A stretch of 64,000 nt of DNA, from the NCBI GenBank assembly GCA_020637675.1, contig JACKKD010000004.1, positions 14,787 through 78,786 of the forward strand, given 5' to 3'. Of the stretch, positions 63,605 through 64,000 are shown in pieces (positions within the stretch are counted from its first letter, which is position 1; every line of letters begins with the position of its first letter). This DNA comes from Paracoccaceae bacterium (GTDB lineage Bacteria > Pseudomonadota > Alphaproteobacteria > Rhodobacterales > Rhodobacteraceae). The notes under the pieces are model-generated. The model was given only the letters and a program-made list of their open reading frames with translations. It was not told the origin of the DNA and did not search any database. Made by a program: the position numbers and the translations under genes.

Positions 63605-64000
63605 AGCATCCCCTCCGCCCGTGCCATCTCGCGCAGGCGTTTCTTCACCTCGCTCATCCGCCAGGCCACGGTGCCTTCGGACACGCCGAGAACCTCAGCC
63701 GCGTCCTTCTGGCTCAGATCCTCGCCGAGGGTCAGCGCGACGGTGTCCCTCAGTTCCGGCGAAAGCCGCGTCATCGTGACGGCGAGCCAGTCGTGCGTCG
63801 CGGCCTGTTCGGCGTTCCCGGCGCGTCGGTTCACCTCCCAGTCTCCCCAGCCGTCGGCGGCCCTGTTCCGGCTGAAGTCACGCCGTCGCCGGTCATGTGC
63901 GGCATTCACCGTGACGCGGTATAGCCAGGTCGTGAACCGTGCCTCGCCCCGCCAGGATCCGAGCTTGGCGGGAAGGGCGAGGCAGATGTCCTGGGTCAGA
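63601..64000 (-). CDS. ECF (group IV) sigma-70 family sigma factor, 5' end outside the window
   Basis: Region 2 (FTTWLYRVTVNAAHD) and region 4 HTH (LSQKDAAEVLGVSEGTVAWRMSEVKKRL). The reading frame stays open to the window edge. Confidence 0.85.
   Translation of the reverse strand, partial: LTQDICLALPAKLGSWRGEARFTTWLYRVTVNAAHDRRRRDFSRNRAADGWGDWEVNRRAGNAEQAATHDWLAVTMTRLSPELRDTVALTLGEDLSQKDAAEVLGVSEGTVAWRMSEVKKRLREMARAEGML

Noticed and set aside
1-64000. Possibility that the window is a mobile or defence island (prophage, integrative element, restriction-modification, CRISPR-Cas, toxin-antitoxin).
   Set aside because: I found no integrase, transposase, recombinase, phage structural gene, nuclease/helicase defence gene, tRNA attachment site, direct-repeat boundary or CRISPR repeat. 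I also saw no obvious compositional discontinuity apart from short AT-richer promoter regions. The content is respiratory, biosynthetic, catabolic and envelope housekeeping.

Overview
Very GC-rich chromosomal segment, judged by eye from the third codon positions of real genes, which are almost all G or C. The gene content and order look like a Rhodobacteraceae alphaproteobacterium of the Rhodobacter/Cereibacter type. That taxonomic call is an inference from the arrangement hemN(hemZ)-fnrL ... ccoNOQP ... ccoGHIS, not a database hit. The window is densely coding core genome.

Gene content, in order:
- 288-1801: prephenate dehydratase and a membrane-anchored cytochrome c.
- 1966-9257: a yejABEF-type peptide ABC importer carrying an extra small membrane ORF and a translationally coupled GT4 glycosyltransferase.
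- 9265-22339: an oxygen-responsive block, namely hemN, fnrL, a secreted protein, a tandem Usp, ccoNOQP, a DUF2270-like gene and ccoGHIS. Four good FNR boxes (TTGAC-N4-ATCAA) lie in this block.
- 22353-27587: a DacC-type carboxypeptidase fused to a SPOR domain, then HAD, clpS, an RsmC-like methyltransferase and an SDR.
- 27592-28744: three tandem paralogous cysteine-containing lipoproteins of unknown function.
- 28902-33546: hemF, chorismate mutase and a sensor kinase / OmpR-type regulator / DegP-like module.
- 33689-50988: a roughly 17 kb inositol catabolism locus with two LacI regulators, a sugar ABC transporter, several Gfo/Idh/MocA and TIM-barrel enzymes, and iolG, iolI-like, iolC (fused), iolD, iolE and iolB.
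- 51026-59196: hyi, DUF1285 and a translationally coupled four-gene MoxR / DUF58 / BatA-N-like / VWA-like membrane operon.
- 59333-61447: several small or secreted unknowns, a DUF599-like protein and a cupin.
- 61454-64000: an ECF sigma factor whose stop overlaps the start of a membrane protein with a periplasmic VWA domain.

I saw no rRNA, tRNA, CRISPR array, transposase, integrase, phage gene or classical defence gene. Most of the long ORFs in the supplied track are antisense or out-of-frame shadow ORFs, which are typical of high-GC DNA.

The best candidates for undescribed biology:
- the lipoprotein triplet;
- the ECF sigma / VWA pair;
- the MoxR/DUF58/Bat-like operon with its divergent DUF1285 gene;
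- small unannotated ORFs translationally coupled inside the yej and iol operons.

All family assignments come from motif recognition by eye. No searches were run.
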